A DNA stretch of 64,000 nt from Anthoceros angustus (Eukaryota > Plantae > Anthocerotophyta): the NCBI GenBank assembly GCA_010909165.1, contig MU008207.1, forward strand, positions 248,001 to 312,000. Reading direction: 5' to 3'. Shown here piece after piece: positions 1-10,922 of the stretch. Both the position numbers and the translations under genes were made by a program. The notes under the pieces are model-generated. The model was not told where the DNA came from, did not search any database, and saw only the letters and a list, made by a program, of their open reading frames with translations. The stretch's first letter is position 1; each line of letters opens with the position of its first letter.

Positions 1-1361
1 TGCATGCCCATGTGCTGGCCAGCGCCAGCGACACCAATGCTGCTGAGAGTCCTGATTTGTTTGTCTACAACAGTTTGGTGGACATGTATGCCAAGTGTGG
101 AAGTTTGGAAGACGCTCAGACAGTGTTTGATGCACTGAGTGAGAAAAGTGTTGTGACCTGGACTGCCATGATAGCAGGATATGCCCAGCAGGGCATGGGT
201 CAGGAAGCCCTTCACCTCCACAGTGCTATGCAAGAAGAAGGCATGGTTGTACCCAACTCCGTCACATTTGTGTGTCTCCTGCAGGCATGTGCAAGTGTGG
301 GCAGGTCAGCGCTGGAGAAGGGGAAGCAGCTTCATGCGCAGATTAGAGAAGGGGGGCACGAAGCTGATGTGTTTTTGGCTAGCAGTTTGGTGAACATGTA
401 TGCCAAGTGTGGCAGCTTGGAAGACGCTCAGCAAGTGTTTGACAGAGTCGCTAAAAAAGATGTGGTGATGTGGACTGCCATGATAGCAGGGTACTCCCAA
501 CAGGGGATGGGGCAGGAAGCGCTTCGTCTCTACAGTGCTATGCAAGAAGAAGGCATGGCTGTACCCAATCCCGTGACATTTGTGTGCCTCCTCCAGGCAT
601 GTGCAAATGTGGGAGCTTTGGATCTGGGAAGGCAGCTTCATGCACAGATGCTAGAACAAAACCTCCAAGGGGATGTGTTCGTAGGTGGCAGCTTGATTAA
701 CATGTATGGGAAGTGTGGGAGCATGGTTGATGCACAGCAGGTGTTTGATGGTTTGCCCTCGCCTGAAAGAAACATCATCACCTGGAATGCACTAATTGCA
801 GGCTATGCCTGTCAAGGGGAGAGTGAGGTAGTGTTCGACTTGGTCCACAGAATGAGACAGGATGGCATACACCCAAACGGCATTACATTCCTTAGTGTTC
901 TGACGGTATGCAGCCATGCGGGACTGGTGACGGAGGGGTGGCAATACTTTGAGGCAATGAGCAGGGACTACCACGGCATCACCCCTACCCAAACCCACTA
1001 TACATGCATGGTGGATCTCCTAGGCCGAGCAGGACAACTTGATGAGGCACTAACTTTGGCAAGATCAATGCCTATGGCGCCTAATGCTGCAGTTTGGCAC
1101 ACCCTTTTGGGTGCTTGTCGAAAGTGGTGCAACGTAGAGGTGGGACGCCACGCTTTTAATGAGGCCCTGAAGCTAGAGGTAGCAGACTCTGCAGCGTATG
1201 TGCTGATGTCCAACATATACACGGGTGCTCATATGTGGGAGCAGGCTCAGGAAATGCAGACAACGAGGAAAAGAATGAGGGTATGGAAGCAGCCAGGTCA
1301 GAGCTGGTGGACAGACGAGGACGGACTGGTGCACAGTTTTTTGGTTGGGGATGAGCCGTGA
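1..1361 (+). CDS. PLS-class PPR protein, 5' end outside the window; E1-E2 plus WW-type PG box, truncated before the deaminase (E+-like)
   Basis: P/L/S motifs (VVTWTAMIAGYAQQG, VTFVCLLQACA, SLVNMYAKCGSLEDA). S2/E motifs ([33 protein letters not shown]). Ends WKQPGQSWWTDEDGLVHSFLVGDEP* with no HxE/CxxC. Confidence 0.92.
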   Translation, partial: HAHVLASASDTNAAESPDLFVYNSLVDMYAKCGSLEDAQTVFDALSEKSVVTWTAMIAGYAQQGMGQEALHLHSAMQEEGMVVPNSVTFVCLLQACASVGRSALEKGKQLHAQIREGGHEADVFLASSLVNMYAKCGSLEDAQQVFDRVAKKDVVMWTAMIAGYSQQGMGQEALRLYSAMQEEGMAVPNPVTFVCLLQACANVGALDLGRQLHAQMLEQNLQGDVFVGGSLINMYGKCGSMVDAQQVFDGLPSPERNIITWNALIAGYACQGESEVVFDLVHRMRQDGIHPNGITFLSVLTVCSHAGLVTEGWQYFEAMSRDYHGITPTQTHYTCMVDLLGRAGQLDEALTLARSMPMAPNAAVWHTLLGACRKWCNVEVGRHAFNEALKLEVADSAAYVLMSNIYTGAHMWEQAQEMQTTRKRMRVWKQPGQSWWTDEDGLVHSFLVGDEP

Positions 1362-1398
1362 AGCGTGAAGCGTGAAGCGTGAAGCGTGAAGCGTGAAG
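1357..1398 (+). repeat. (CGTGAAG)x6 tandem heptamer overlapping the PPR stop codon
   Basis: Six perfect copies read directly; the first supplies the TGA at 1359-1361. Confidence 0.95.
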
Positions 1399-2057
1399 CT
1401 GGTTACTGGCAGGAAACACTAGAGACTGGATGCTGATGGCTCGTCTGACGTGCTAGGAGGCGCTACGACGAGGCTCATTCTCGGCTGTCATTCTTTGTAA
1501 CGGGATGCCTACTGCTATGGTATGTGCGAGATAAAGTTTGCTCAAGGAGCAGAAGAGCCGAGCGCGATAATTGTGCCAAGATTCCCAGCCCAATGCCGGA
1601 GCCTTCAGAAAACTATGGTGTGTGGTCGCGGGTTCCAAAGTTTTCAGCCAGCACATGGATGGATAGAGGAGAAGCTGATGGTAATTGTCATGGAGTTGGA
1701 TGTGAGATGGTTAATGGTGACTAGGCAAAATGGTTCATGTCCAACCCCACATCAGCTGGACGCTTCACTACTGAAGCATTTGAGGTTCTTTAGGAGTTAG
1801 TTAAGCATAGGAGAGTCTTTGGTTGCTAAGGCTCTCGATTCTCTTCGCTGATACCCTTTTACGTACATCAGCAACCGAGGTACGCTCATCTGGTTATCCT
1901 GGTTTGCCTTGAGCGAGGCCTCAAGGATGAGAAACCTATTCATCCCTTTCGGGAGAGAACTTATGTTCGGGACATTATTCATTGGATTCCGATTAGAAAT
2001 CATCATACTAGGTTAGAGTTAATAATCAATGTTACAAGATCAGTGCCAGTGTTTTTC

Positions 2058-4656
2058 TCACGGTCTTCCTTTACAGGTGCAACAACCATTTGAGAATCGA
2101 TGCACCCGGTACCCATCCCTCACAACAATGTCTCGTCGTTCAAGTCTTGACATGATCTCCGTGGAACAGTGGCAGTCACTGCACATGCGTAGGTTCTTCG
2201 TTACCACCAGAGGTGAGCCACTCGGCGTATTCAACAGACCAAACGCCAGAGCTAGCTTCTCAGCATGACCACAAAGCACATCTTCTTTTTCTTTCTCACG
2301 TAGTCCCTTCAGCACCAACTTTGTGTGAGGTACGTGGCCTCCTTCCTGCTTCAGTTGAACATTCGTGCTGTCTACCTTAAGCGCAATATCCTCTCTTCTT
2401 TCTCCCACCAGGAATGTATGTACCTGCTTATTCACCTCAATGCTTGCCACTGCAGGTTTCTTGTTAGCTCCTGCTCGCATTCTCTGTGTTTCAATCCTGT
2501 CTACATCGGTCCACCTACCTGCATCTGCATAGGCATTGGCCATGAGCACATACGCGGGTGCCTGCTGGGGCTCCAGTATAACCAGTCTCTCAAAACACCT
2601 GGTCGCCCTCTCTATATCCCCATGACTTTTGCAGGCATTCAGCAAAGACGTCAGCCCCACAACATTACTTTGGCCCTCACATGACAATAGCATCTTCTCT
2701 GCCTCATCTAAATGGCCCGCCCGCCCAAGAAGATCAATCATGCAATTGTAATGCTCAATAGTTGGATTGATACCATGCTGTTCAGCCATGGAATCAAAGT
2801 GCTTGCGACCCTCATCCACTAGTCCCTCATGACCGCATGCTACTAAAAGGCAAGTAAAAGTAGCATCATCAGGCTGAATACCGGCAAGTAACATCTCCTC
2901 AAAACAAGCTAGTGCCTTGTGACCTTCATCACAAGTACCATACCCAGATATCAGGGCATTCCATGTCACCACATCCTTTGTGCGCAAGCTGTCAAAAATC
3001 CGGCGTGCATCTTCCAATTCGCCACATTTTGCATACATGTCCACCAGGCAGGTCCCCACCAACATACGTTATCCAGCAGTCCTCTTTCACAATCTGTGAG
3101 TGCAGCTGCCTGCCCTTCTGTAAGGCACCAGTGCTTGCACAGGCCTTCAGAAGGCAAGCAAAGTAACATCATAGCCAAAATGAGGCCCTCCTGCTCCATT
3201 TGTCCATACAGACAAGCGCCTCTTGGCCGAGTCCTTGCTGTGCGTACCCAGCTATCAGAGCATTCCATGTCACCACATCCTTTGTGGCCAAGCTTTCAAA
3301 AACCTGCCGTGCATCTTCCAGTTCGCCACATTTCGCATACATGTCAACCAGGCAGTTGCCTAACACTACGTTGTCTAGCTGTCCTCGTTGTACAATCTGT
3401 GAGTGCAACTGCCTGCCAATGTGCAATGCACCAGCGTTTGCACAGGCATTCAGAAGGCACACGAAAGTAACATCGTCAGCAAAAACTAGGCCCTCTCGCT
3501 CCATTTGTCCATACAGAACAAGTGCATCTTGGCCAAGCCCTTGCTGTGCATACCCAGCTAACAGTGCATTCCATGTCACCACATCCTTTGTGACCATCCT
3601 GTCAAAGGTCCGGCGTGCATCTTCCAGTTCACCACATTTTGCATACATGTTCACCAGGGAGTTGCCAACAAACAAGTCAGGAGACATGCCACTTTGCAAT
3701 AGATCACAGTGCACTTTTCTGCCGGATTCCAAGTCAGCGGCGAATGCACAAGCTTGAAGGGCAGCTGCAAAAACGTGGGCATCCGCCTTCACTCCTGACC
3801 TACGCATCTCATGGTACAGTTGTATGGCCTCATTAGGTTTCCCAAGCTTAGCATGAGCAGAGATTAGGGAAAACCAAATGAAGGCATTTGGTTTGCCTAC
3901 CCTGGTGAACACATCCATGGCGTCCTGCAGCCGACCTCCACATGCATACATGCGCAAGATATGGTTCCCCAAGTATGCGTCCCACTCGTACCCAAGTTTA
4001 ACAATGAGATCATGAACTCGTCGGCCCACAACCAGATCCTTCTTAGCTATACACAGTTTTAGCACGGTGTAAAACAGAGACTGAGAAATAGGAGAATCGG
4101 TACGCGCCAGATATTCCAGCGCTCCAACGGCCTGAGAAAGCTTCCCCTGCTGACATAACATGCTCACGCTTCCAGCCGTTACGACGCCCAATTCTGATCG
4201 TTCACGACGGCCAGGGGCAGGCTTATCAGGAGAGCTGGACTTGGAAGGAGCGGCATCATGACCCATCTGCATATTCAAGGAGACGAGCTGCTCATCAACC
4301 CAAGCTGGCTTGAATATGCTGTTTAGCCGGAGGGCCTCGCCGCCGGACCCCCTATGCCGGAAATCAGGCGAACGGGAGCTCCTCTTATCTCGTGTGTTGT
4401 CCCGCCACATCGTAGGATTCCAGAAGAATTCTTGCCACAAGAGCTCCTGCTCTTGCCCCTGCCCCTGCGCCTGCTCCTTCGTACGAGCATCGCTGAAGAA
4501 TCGTTCGCCACCAACAGATTTCCTGGGAAGTGGAAGGGCTAGATTCCTTACACTGCTGCATCTGGCGGCTTGGTTGTTTCCCAATGGTTGTAGCATCCAT
4601 GTACACTCAGCATTTTGTGCAGTCCATAACGGATCCAGTTGCCATATTCTGGCCAT
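2058..4656 (-). CDS. PLS-PPR with DYW:KP (GRP-type) deaminase and N-terminal OSB-like PDF motif; frameshifted at ~3065-3270 (assembly error or pseudogene)
   Basis: ATG at 4656 (MARIWQLDPLW), homologous to the start at 48658. ORFs 3169-4692 and 2058-3065 are collinear. C-terminus has KKPAVASIEV, GHAEKLA, RMCSDCH and CTCKGRP*. Confidence 0.9.
4285..4440 (-). other. OSB-type PDF motif within the PPR N-terminal extension
   Basis: [51 protein letters not shown] matches, by recall, the plant OSB PDF consensus WxxFFxNPxxWWDNRxxKxxxxxPDFKHKxxGEALWLxxxxPxWVxxxL. Confidence 0.8.
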
Positions 4657-4899
4657 ATTACAGGGTCCGCTCTCTTCAGATGAGGCGCACAACCAGCTGT
4701 TTGAGCAGAGGCATGAACTTGTAACCCAAGATCCTATTATTGTTGATAAAGCCGAGCCGATGTCCTAAATCTTGGTCGTGCAAAATGGACATTGAATCAA
4801 ATCAGCTGGTGCGGCACGTCTACTGGTTTCAATGTCCAGGTTTGCTCCTACGGCAGCAGCAGAAGCAGCGACTAGAGCAGGAGCAGGAGGGTGGCGGTG

Positions 4900-7800
4900 A
4901 TGAAGGCAGGAGCCTGGCTACCTGACAGAGCACCGGGAACTGGATCCTTCAACAGAAGCTACACAGCAGCAGCAGCCGCTGGCCTCACATTGGTTGTGGG
5001 GCGGTGTGAGCGGGCAGCCAACGTGAAAGTTAGTGAGAATGCGGAGAGTGTTTCTTACAAGCACCGGGAGCTGCCCCAACCGCCGGTTAGGGAGGCTTGG
5101 CAGCTACAAGGGCCTGCTGGAACCACTACCTGCAAGTTGACCCACCACCAAGCTGCTGGCTTGCAGGTAGGGGGAGAGCTCAGTAAGGATGTGGAAACTT
5201 TGGACCTCCTGGTGCAGCAGGGATTCCGCCCTCCTACCTCCCTTCTCTACTCTTTGCTCAAGAGGTGTATAGCACTCAAAGATTTGGTTCATGGCAAGCG
5301 TGTGCATGCTCTCGCTGTGGCAAGCGGACATGGGACGGACCCATTTGTGGGCAACCACATCATTCGTATGTATTCTTGTCATGGCATGTTGGTGGAAGCA
5401 ATGCAGGTATTCACTCAACTGGATGTTCACAACACCTTTGCGTGGGCTTCCATTATCATTGGACATGCGGATCATGGGCAGCCCTCCCAGGCTATCAACC
5501 TGTACCGACGGATGCGACACTCTTGTGTGGAGCCCAATCAGCATGTATTTGTGGCAGCCATTAAAGCATGTGCTAATGCAGGAGACTTGGTTGCCGGCAA
5601 GGACATCCATTCTCATATTGTGCTGGCTGCGTATGAGCGCCACCCCTTGATTGCCAACTCTCTCGTCAATATGTACGCAAAATGTGGGAGCTTGGCAGAT
5701 GCCCGCAGGGTATTCGACAAATCGGTGACGAGAGATGTGGTGACGTGGAACACCATGATCGCAGCACATGCTCACCATGGACATAGCCAAGAGGCCCTTC
5801 GTCTGTACACACAGATGCAGCAAGTCGGCACAACTCCACCCAATCACTTCACATATGCCAGTGTCTTGAAAGCATGTGCCAGCATTGGTGCTTTGCATGA
5901 GGGAAGGCAGATCCATCTGCTGCTTCGGGATAGCGGCATGGAAGTTGACGTTGTTGTGGGAAGCTGCCTGGTAGACATGTATGCAAAATGCGGAAGCTTG
6001 GAAGATGCTCGCACGGTCTTTGACAAGTTGCCCACAAGAAATGTCGTTACGTGGAATGCCTTGATTTCAGGCTATGCTCACCATGGACTCGCTCAAGAAG
6101 CCCTCAATCTCTTTGCACTTATGCAGCAGGAGGGTAGCATTCCGGCGAACCGAAGCACACTTGCATCCCTTGTGAAAGCATGTGCGAGTGCCAAGGCCTT
6201 GCACCAAGGAAGGTGGCTCCACGCATTCATCCGAAAGGAAGGGCTAGAAGGTGACTTGGTTGTTGCCAACTGCCTGTTGGACATGTATGCAAAGTGCGGT
6301 AGCTTAGAGGATGCACGTGCTGTGTTTGAAAAACTGCCTACCAGAGATGTGATAACTTGGAATACAATGATAACGGGATATTCGCAGAATGAGCTTGGCG
6401 AAGAAGCTCTTCATCTCTATGCTAGAATGCAGGGGGAAGGCTCCACTCCACCGAATCATTTTACGTTTGCTGGCCTCCTCAAAGCATGTGCTAGTACCAG
6501 AAATCTGCATCAAGGAATGCAGCTGCATGTACTCATCCAAGAGAGAGGTTTGGAAGGCGACGTCGTTGTTGGCAGCAGTCTAGTGGACATGTACTCAAAA
6601 TGTGGGGGCCTGGAACTTGCTCGCCAAGTGTTTGACAGAATGCCCGCCAGAAATGTCGTGACATGGACTTCCATGATAGCAGGGTATGCCCAGCACGGGC
6701 TTGGACAGGAGGCCCTGCATGTTTTTGCAAGTATGCAACAGCAGGGCGTAAGCCTATGTGACCGGGTCACGCTGTTGTCCCTTCTGAAGGCCTGCACATG
6801 TATTGGAGACTTGCATCAAGGAGTGCAGGTGCATATGCTGATTCAGAATAGTGGACTGGAAACTGATTTGGTTGTCGGCAGTTCCCTGGTGGACATGTAC
6901 GCAAAATGTGGCAGCTTGAATGATGCACGTAAAGTGTTTGACAAGCTGAGCACGAGAGATGCAGTGGCATGGACTGCCATGATTGCTGGATATGCCCGCC
7001 ATGGACATGGTCTAGAAGCCCTGACTCTTTATGCAAGCATGCAAGACGAGGGCTTGACCCCAGCCAATCATGCGACTTGTGCTGCTCTCCTCATGGCATG
7101 TGCCAGCTTAACAGCTCTGAGTCATGGGAAGCAGCTTCATTCCCTGATTCAGGAAAGAGGCCTGGAAACTGATGTTGTTGTAGGCAACTGCCTGGTGGAT
7201 ATGTATGTGAAATGCGGGAGCTTAGTGGATGCTCGCAGCGTGTTTGACAAACTGTCCACCAAAGATCTGCTGGCATGGAATGCGTTGATTGCAGGATATA
7301 GCCAGCAAGGGTTGGGTCAGAAGGCCCTTGATCTTCATGAGCAAATGCGGCTTGAATGCAAAACTTTGGTGGCCAACCATGTGACATATGTGTGGCTGCT
7401 GAAAGCGTGTGCAAGTGTTGGGGCTTTGCATCAGGGAAGGCAGCTTCATTGCTTGATGGCCCAGGAGCAAGGACTGGAAGCTAACGTGGTTGTTAGCAAC
7501 TGTCTAGTGGACATGTACACCAGATGTGGCTGCTTAGAGGATGCTCGAAAGGTGTTTGACAGGTTGCCCTGTAGAGATGTGGTGGCTTGGAATGCGTTGC
7601 TGAATGGCTATGCCAAACATAGTGAGGGGCACATGGCGTTGCAGTGTTTTGAGGAGATGTTGGGGCAAGGAGTGAAACCGGACGGGACTTCCTTTTGTTC
7701 TCTTCTGGTTGCTTGCAGTCATGAGGGCCTGATCTCTGAGGGCCAGCAGTATTTCACCGAGATGGTGGATGTCCATGGCATTGAACCCACTGATTACCAT

Positions 7801-8493
7801 TATAACTGCATGGTTGATCTCCTAGGGCGTTCAGGCTGCCTGGATGAAGCAGAACAAATGTTGAACAGTGTGGCAACGGCGAATCAGACAGTGGGCCTGA
7901 CATCCTTGCTAAGTGCTTGCAGATTCCATGGAGACGTTGAGCGTGGAAGGATGTGTTTTGAGCGTCTTACAGCACTCTGCCCTCAGGATGCGGGTGCGTA
8001 TGTGCTCATGGGAAATATCTATGCAAGTGCCGGCAGGTGGGACGATGTAGAGAGAATGGAAAGGTTAAGAACAGGGGCTGGTGCTTGGAAGATGCCTGCA
8101 AAGGCTTGCATTGAAGTGAAGGGCAAGGTGCATGAGTTCACTGTGGGGGACATGATACCTGACATTTTGTTGAAGTGCAGGAGCACGAACTTGAGGATAC
8201 GGGACGAAGGAGGCCACGTGCCACACAGGGAGCTGGTGCTGAGGTCAGTGTCCGACAGCATGAAGGAAGATGCTCTTTGTGGACACGCCGAGAAACTGGC
8301 ATTGGCCTATGGTCTCCTACACACTCCTGATGAGACACCGCTGGTGGTTACCAAGAATCTTCGAATGTGCAGTGACTGCCACAGTAGCACCAAAGTGCTG
8401 TCACAGCTTGAGAAGCGAGAGATAATCGTGAGAGATGCACATCGGGTACACCGATTTCTGGATGGTCTTTGTTCATGCAGGGATCGGTGTTGA
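4900..8493 (+). CDS. Intact intronless PLS-PPR protein with DYW:KP-type deaminase ending DRC (DRH-like variant); candidate U-to-C editing factor
   Basis: Open frame 4891-8493 with first ATG at 4900. About 7-8 PLS triplets, then E1/E2, WKMPAKACIEV (KP box), GHAEKLA, RMCSDCH and CSCRDRC*. Confidence 0.95.
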   Translation: MKAGAWLPDRAPGTGSFNRSYTAAAAAGLTLVVGRCERAANVKVSENAESVSYKHRELPQPPVREAWQLQGPAGTTTCKLTHHQAAGLQVGGELSKDVETLDLLVQQGFRPPTSLLYSLLKRCIALKDLVHGKRVHALAVASGHGTDPFVGNHIIRMYSCHGMLVEAMQVFTQLDVHNTFAWASIIIGHADHGQPSQAINLYRRMRHSCVEPNQHVFVAAIKACANAGDLVAGKDIHSHIVLAAYERHPLIANSLVNMYAKCGSLADARRVFDKSVTRDVVTWNTMIAAHAHHGHSQEALRLYTQMQQVGTTPPNHFTYASVLKACASIGALHEGRQIHLLLRDSGMEVDVVVGSCLVDMYAKCGSLEDARTVFDKLPTRNVVTWNALISGYAHHGLAQEALNLFALMQQEGSIPANRSTLASLVKACASAKALHQGRWLHAFIRKEGLEGDLVVANCLLDMYAKCGSLEDARAVFEKLPTRDVITWNTMITGYSQNELGEEALHLYARMQGEGSTPPNHFTFAGLLKACASTRNLHQGMQLHVLIQERGLEGDVVVGSSLVDMYSKCGGLELARQVFDRMPARNVVTWTSMIAGYAQHGLGQEALHVFASMQQQGVSLCDRVTLLSLLKACTCIGDLHQGVQVHMLIQNSGLETDLVVGSSLVDMYAKCGSLNDARKVFDKLSTRDAVAWTAMIAGYARHGHGLEALTLYASMQDEGLTPANHATCAALLMACASLTALSHGKQLHSLIQERGLETDVVVGNCLVDMYVKCGSLVDARSVFDKLSTKDLLAWNALIAGYSQQGLGQKALDLHEQMRLECKTLVANHVTYVWLLKACASVGALHQGRQLHCLMAQEQGLEANVVVSNCLVDMYTRCGCLEDARKVFDRLPCRDVVAWNALLNGYAKHSEGHMALQCFEEMLGQGVKPDGTSFCSLLVACSHEGLISEGQQYFTEMVDVHGIEPTDYHYNCMVDLLGRSGCLDEAEQMLNSVATANQTVGLTSLLSACRFHGDVERGRMCFERLTALCPQDAGAYVLMGNIYASAGRWDDVERMERLRTGAGAWKMPAKACIEVKGKVHEFTVGDMIPDILLKCRSTNLRIRDEGGHVPHRELVLRSVSDSMKEDALCGHAEKLALAYGLLHTPDETPLVVTKNLRMCSDCHSSTKVLSQLEKREIIVRDAHRVHRFLDGLCSCRDRC

Positions 8494-9575
8494 GACTGGT
8501 GTTTTTTTGCTGTGGCGACGATATTTTTGCCCGAACACGTTCACAACTGTGTTCTCGAATATCAATTCGGACCACCGCTACTCCCATCGCACAATGTAGT
8601 GTGATGGAACGTTTCGGTTCTACGAAGACAGGTCAAGTTGCATTCTCTTGAGTGCAATTCTTGACGACACGATTCTCGAGCCAACATGAACTAGCTGTGT
8701 AGCCTCGCACTCGGGCTTTACACTTGGACTTGTAACAAGCTGGACTTCTACAACCTAAGACGTGAAGTGTGAAGTCTGATTTTTTTAAGGGTGAGCGAGG
8801 AATTGCGAGCCTAGCTCTCTGCCTGGTGTGCTAATAGAGCAGAGACATTTCCCCTTTCTTTCGGTGGGAAGGTAGCCGGTTCTAAGCTTGGTCACAGTCT
8901 TGTGGAAAGGCCACCTTCGGCGGGATAGGTGGATCTATCGGTGTGGAGCTCGACAACCTACTTTTTGCCATAGGAATCGTATAATTTGCGGGTTGAGTAG
9001 CACATGTGACTTGATTGCCCATTGGCAAATGAAGAATTATGTATTGTGTAACCAAAGTGGAAGGGGGGCTCCCAGGGAAAGTATCCATGATGGCACTGCA
9101 GCGTTGAAGTCCGGTTCGAGGGTTCGACAATGAAGGAACATCAAGTCTGCTCGGAATTAAAATGAACTTCGATGTTCTTCATTCACAGCCTAACATTTGT
9201 CCAGACGCAGCAAACGTATTCTAATATACCCTTGACTGCTGCGTTTCGTGGACAACACCGCCCGCACCGTCTTTATGTTTGCGATCTCCACGACACTAGT
9301 CTCCCAACATTCAACCTCACCCGACCGCCAAAACTTCAAAATCACTTTGAGTTCAAATCACCTGCCCCTTCAAACTGTAAGCTGTCCAAGTCTGGGAGGT
9401 AGCGCAGGCTGTGTTAGCACGCCAGGGTTCGCACCTGCTCTTAAACCATCCGGCTACCTCCACATCACAGGCCTACTGCATCAAAAAATTGCTCCTTCCC
9501 GATTGTCTAAGGGCAGAGAAAAAGAGTACAACAAATTATTCCCGATTTCGCGAAGTGTTGTGCGCCAAGTAGCCG

Positions 9576-10706
9576 CTACGAAAGTCTCTGGGCGACTTCC
9601 TTAGCTATAATCTTGTCCTTAGCTTTGGTCTTGGCCTGAGACTTGACGCCCATCAAACCTCCACCCCATTGCTTGCGGAAATCCTCGTACCGGTCATTGA
9701 AGTTAGCCTGCATGTTTGGACCTTGAACCATGAAGCACTTCCAAGATCAGGCAGAAGGAGAAATCCACTTTAGATGCTTCTAAAGCTCACCTTCACAGCT
9801 TCGACAATTTTGCTGAAGTCGTGCTTGTCTTCGTTCTTCACTGAAGTCAAACACAGTGCTGTAGCCGTCTTAGAATGTACAATCTGCCCCAACCTGGATT
9901 TGCCCTTGACTATAGCATACGGCACACCCATCTTTCTGCACAGCGCGGGAAGCCAAACCACCAACTCGATGGGGTCGACATCATGGGCGATCACCACAAG
10001 CTGGGCCTTGCCCTGCAACGCGGACAAGGTTAGGAGAGCCCAATCCATAGTTCCTCTGCTGGAGAGGAAGAGTCCACCTGACCTGACCTGACCTGTTCAA
10101 TTAGGTAAGTAACATGGTTGATCCCGTACTTGACAACCAGGGGCTTCTTTGTGTCAACAGTTTTGCCCTCTGCTTCGGCCGCTGCCTTCTTTTGCAGCCT
10201 CTCTCTTTTCTCCGCCTTGTCCTCGGGACGGTACTTGAGGAGCATCTTGAAGAGGCTGGACGCTGCAGAATCAATCCAGTCAAAAACCAGCACATGAGAG
10301 CAGAACCGAAGGCCCCGCCCAACAACATAAACGCCAACTCACCGAGGTTTTTGTCCAGTGTCTTGGTGAACTGGTTGAGAGCAGGGGGGACCTTCAGCCG
10401 CTGGTTCAGCACCCTTCGCTGACGCTGTATCCGAACATATTTAGGCCACTTGACAAACCTGTGAAGATTCTTCTTGGGTGGCAGTGCACCACCGATGCCA
10501 AACTGCTTCGGCCTCTTTTCAAATAGCGGGTTCACAACCTTCTCCGGCACCTACATGAAGTATCCCGCCAGCCTGCTCAGCTGAGATACCCAACCATCAC
10601 AATGAAAACAGGGCAGCCCAAACTTGGCTCAGCCACCAGGTACCTTCTTCTTCCGCTCCACTGCAGCCGGAACTGGCGTCTTCAATGTGCCCCTCTTCGG
10701 CGCCAT
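9576..10706 (-). CDS. RPL7A: 60S ribosomal protein L7a (eL8), 5 exons: 10706-10644, 10550-10343, 10262-10093, 10012-9791, 9707-9576
   Basis: Spliced translation MAPKRG...[17 protein letters not shown]...[12 protein letters not shown]...[31 protein letters not shown]...[26 protein letters not shown]...AQRLS*. All four introns (80-93 bp) are GT-AG and preserve frame. Confidence 0.97.
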
Positions 10707-10922
10707 GGCGGCTGCTGGTTGGCGGTCCCGGAACCAAGCGCCCTGACTGCGAGCGACGACCCACCCGGCTCCCGCCTCCAGCAGTTCACCAGATACATGT
10801 ACCTACACGCGCTAGGTATTTTTTAAGCCGGGCCCGGTAGAACTAGAAACAAGAACCAAACCCCTACGTAATTAGGTGGATAATTGAATCATTCTAATTG
10901 CAAAGAGCCAAAGAGCGGGACC

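Noticed and set aside
5104-8338. Long antisense and alternative-frame ORFs over the PPR genes
   Set aside because: Shadow ORFs of the repetitive PPR coding strand with no independent motifs.
8500-9570. Short ORFs and possible ncRNA between the PPR gene and RPL7A
   Set aside because: No recognisable tRNA, snRNA or snoRNA structure or protein motif; likely convergent 3' UTRs and intergenic DNA.
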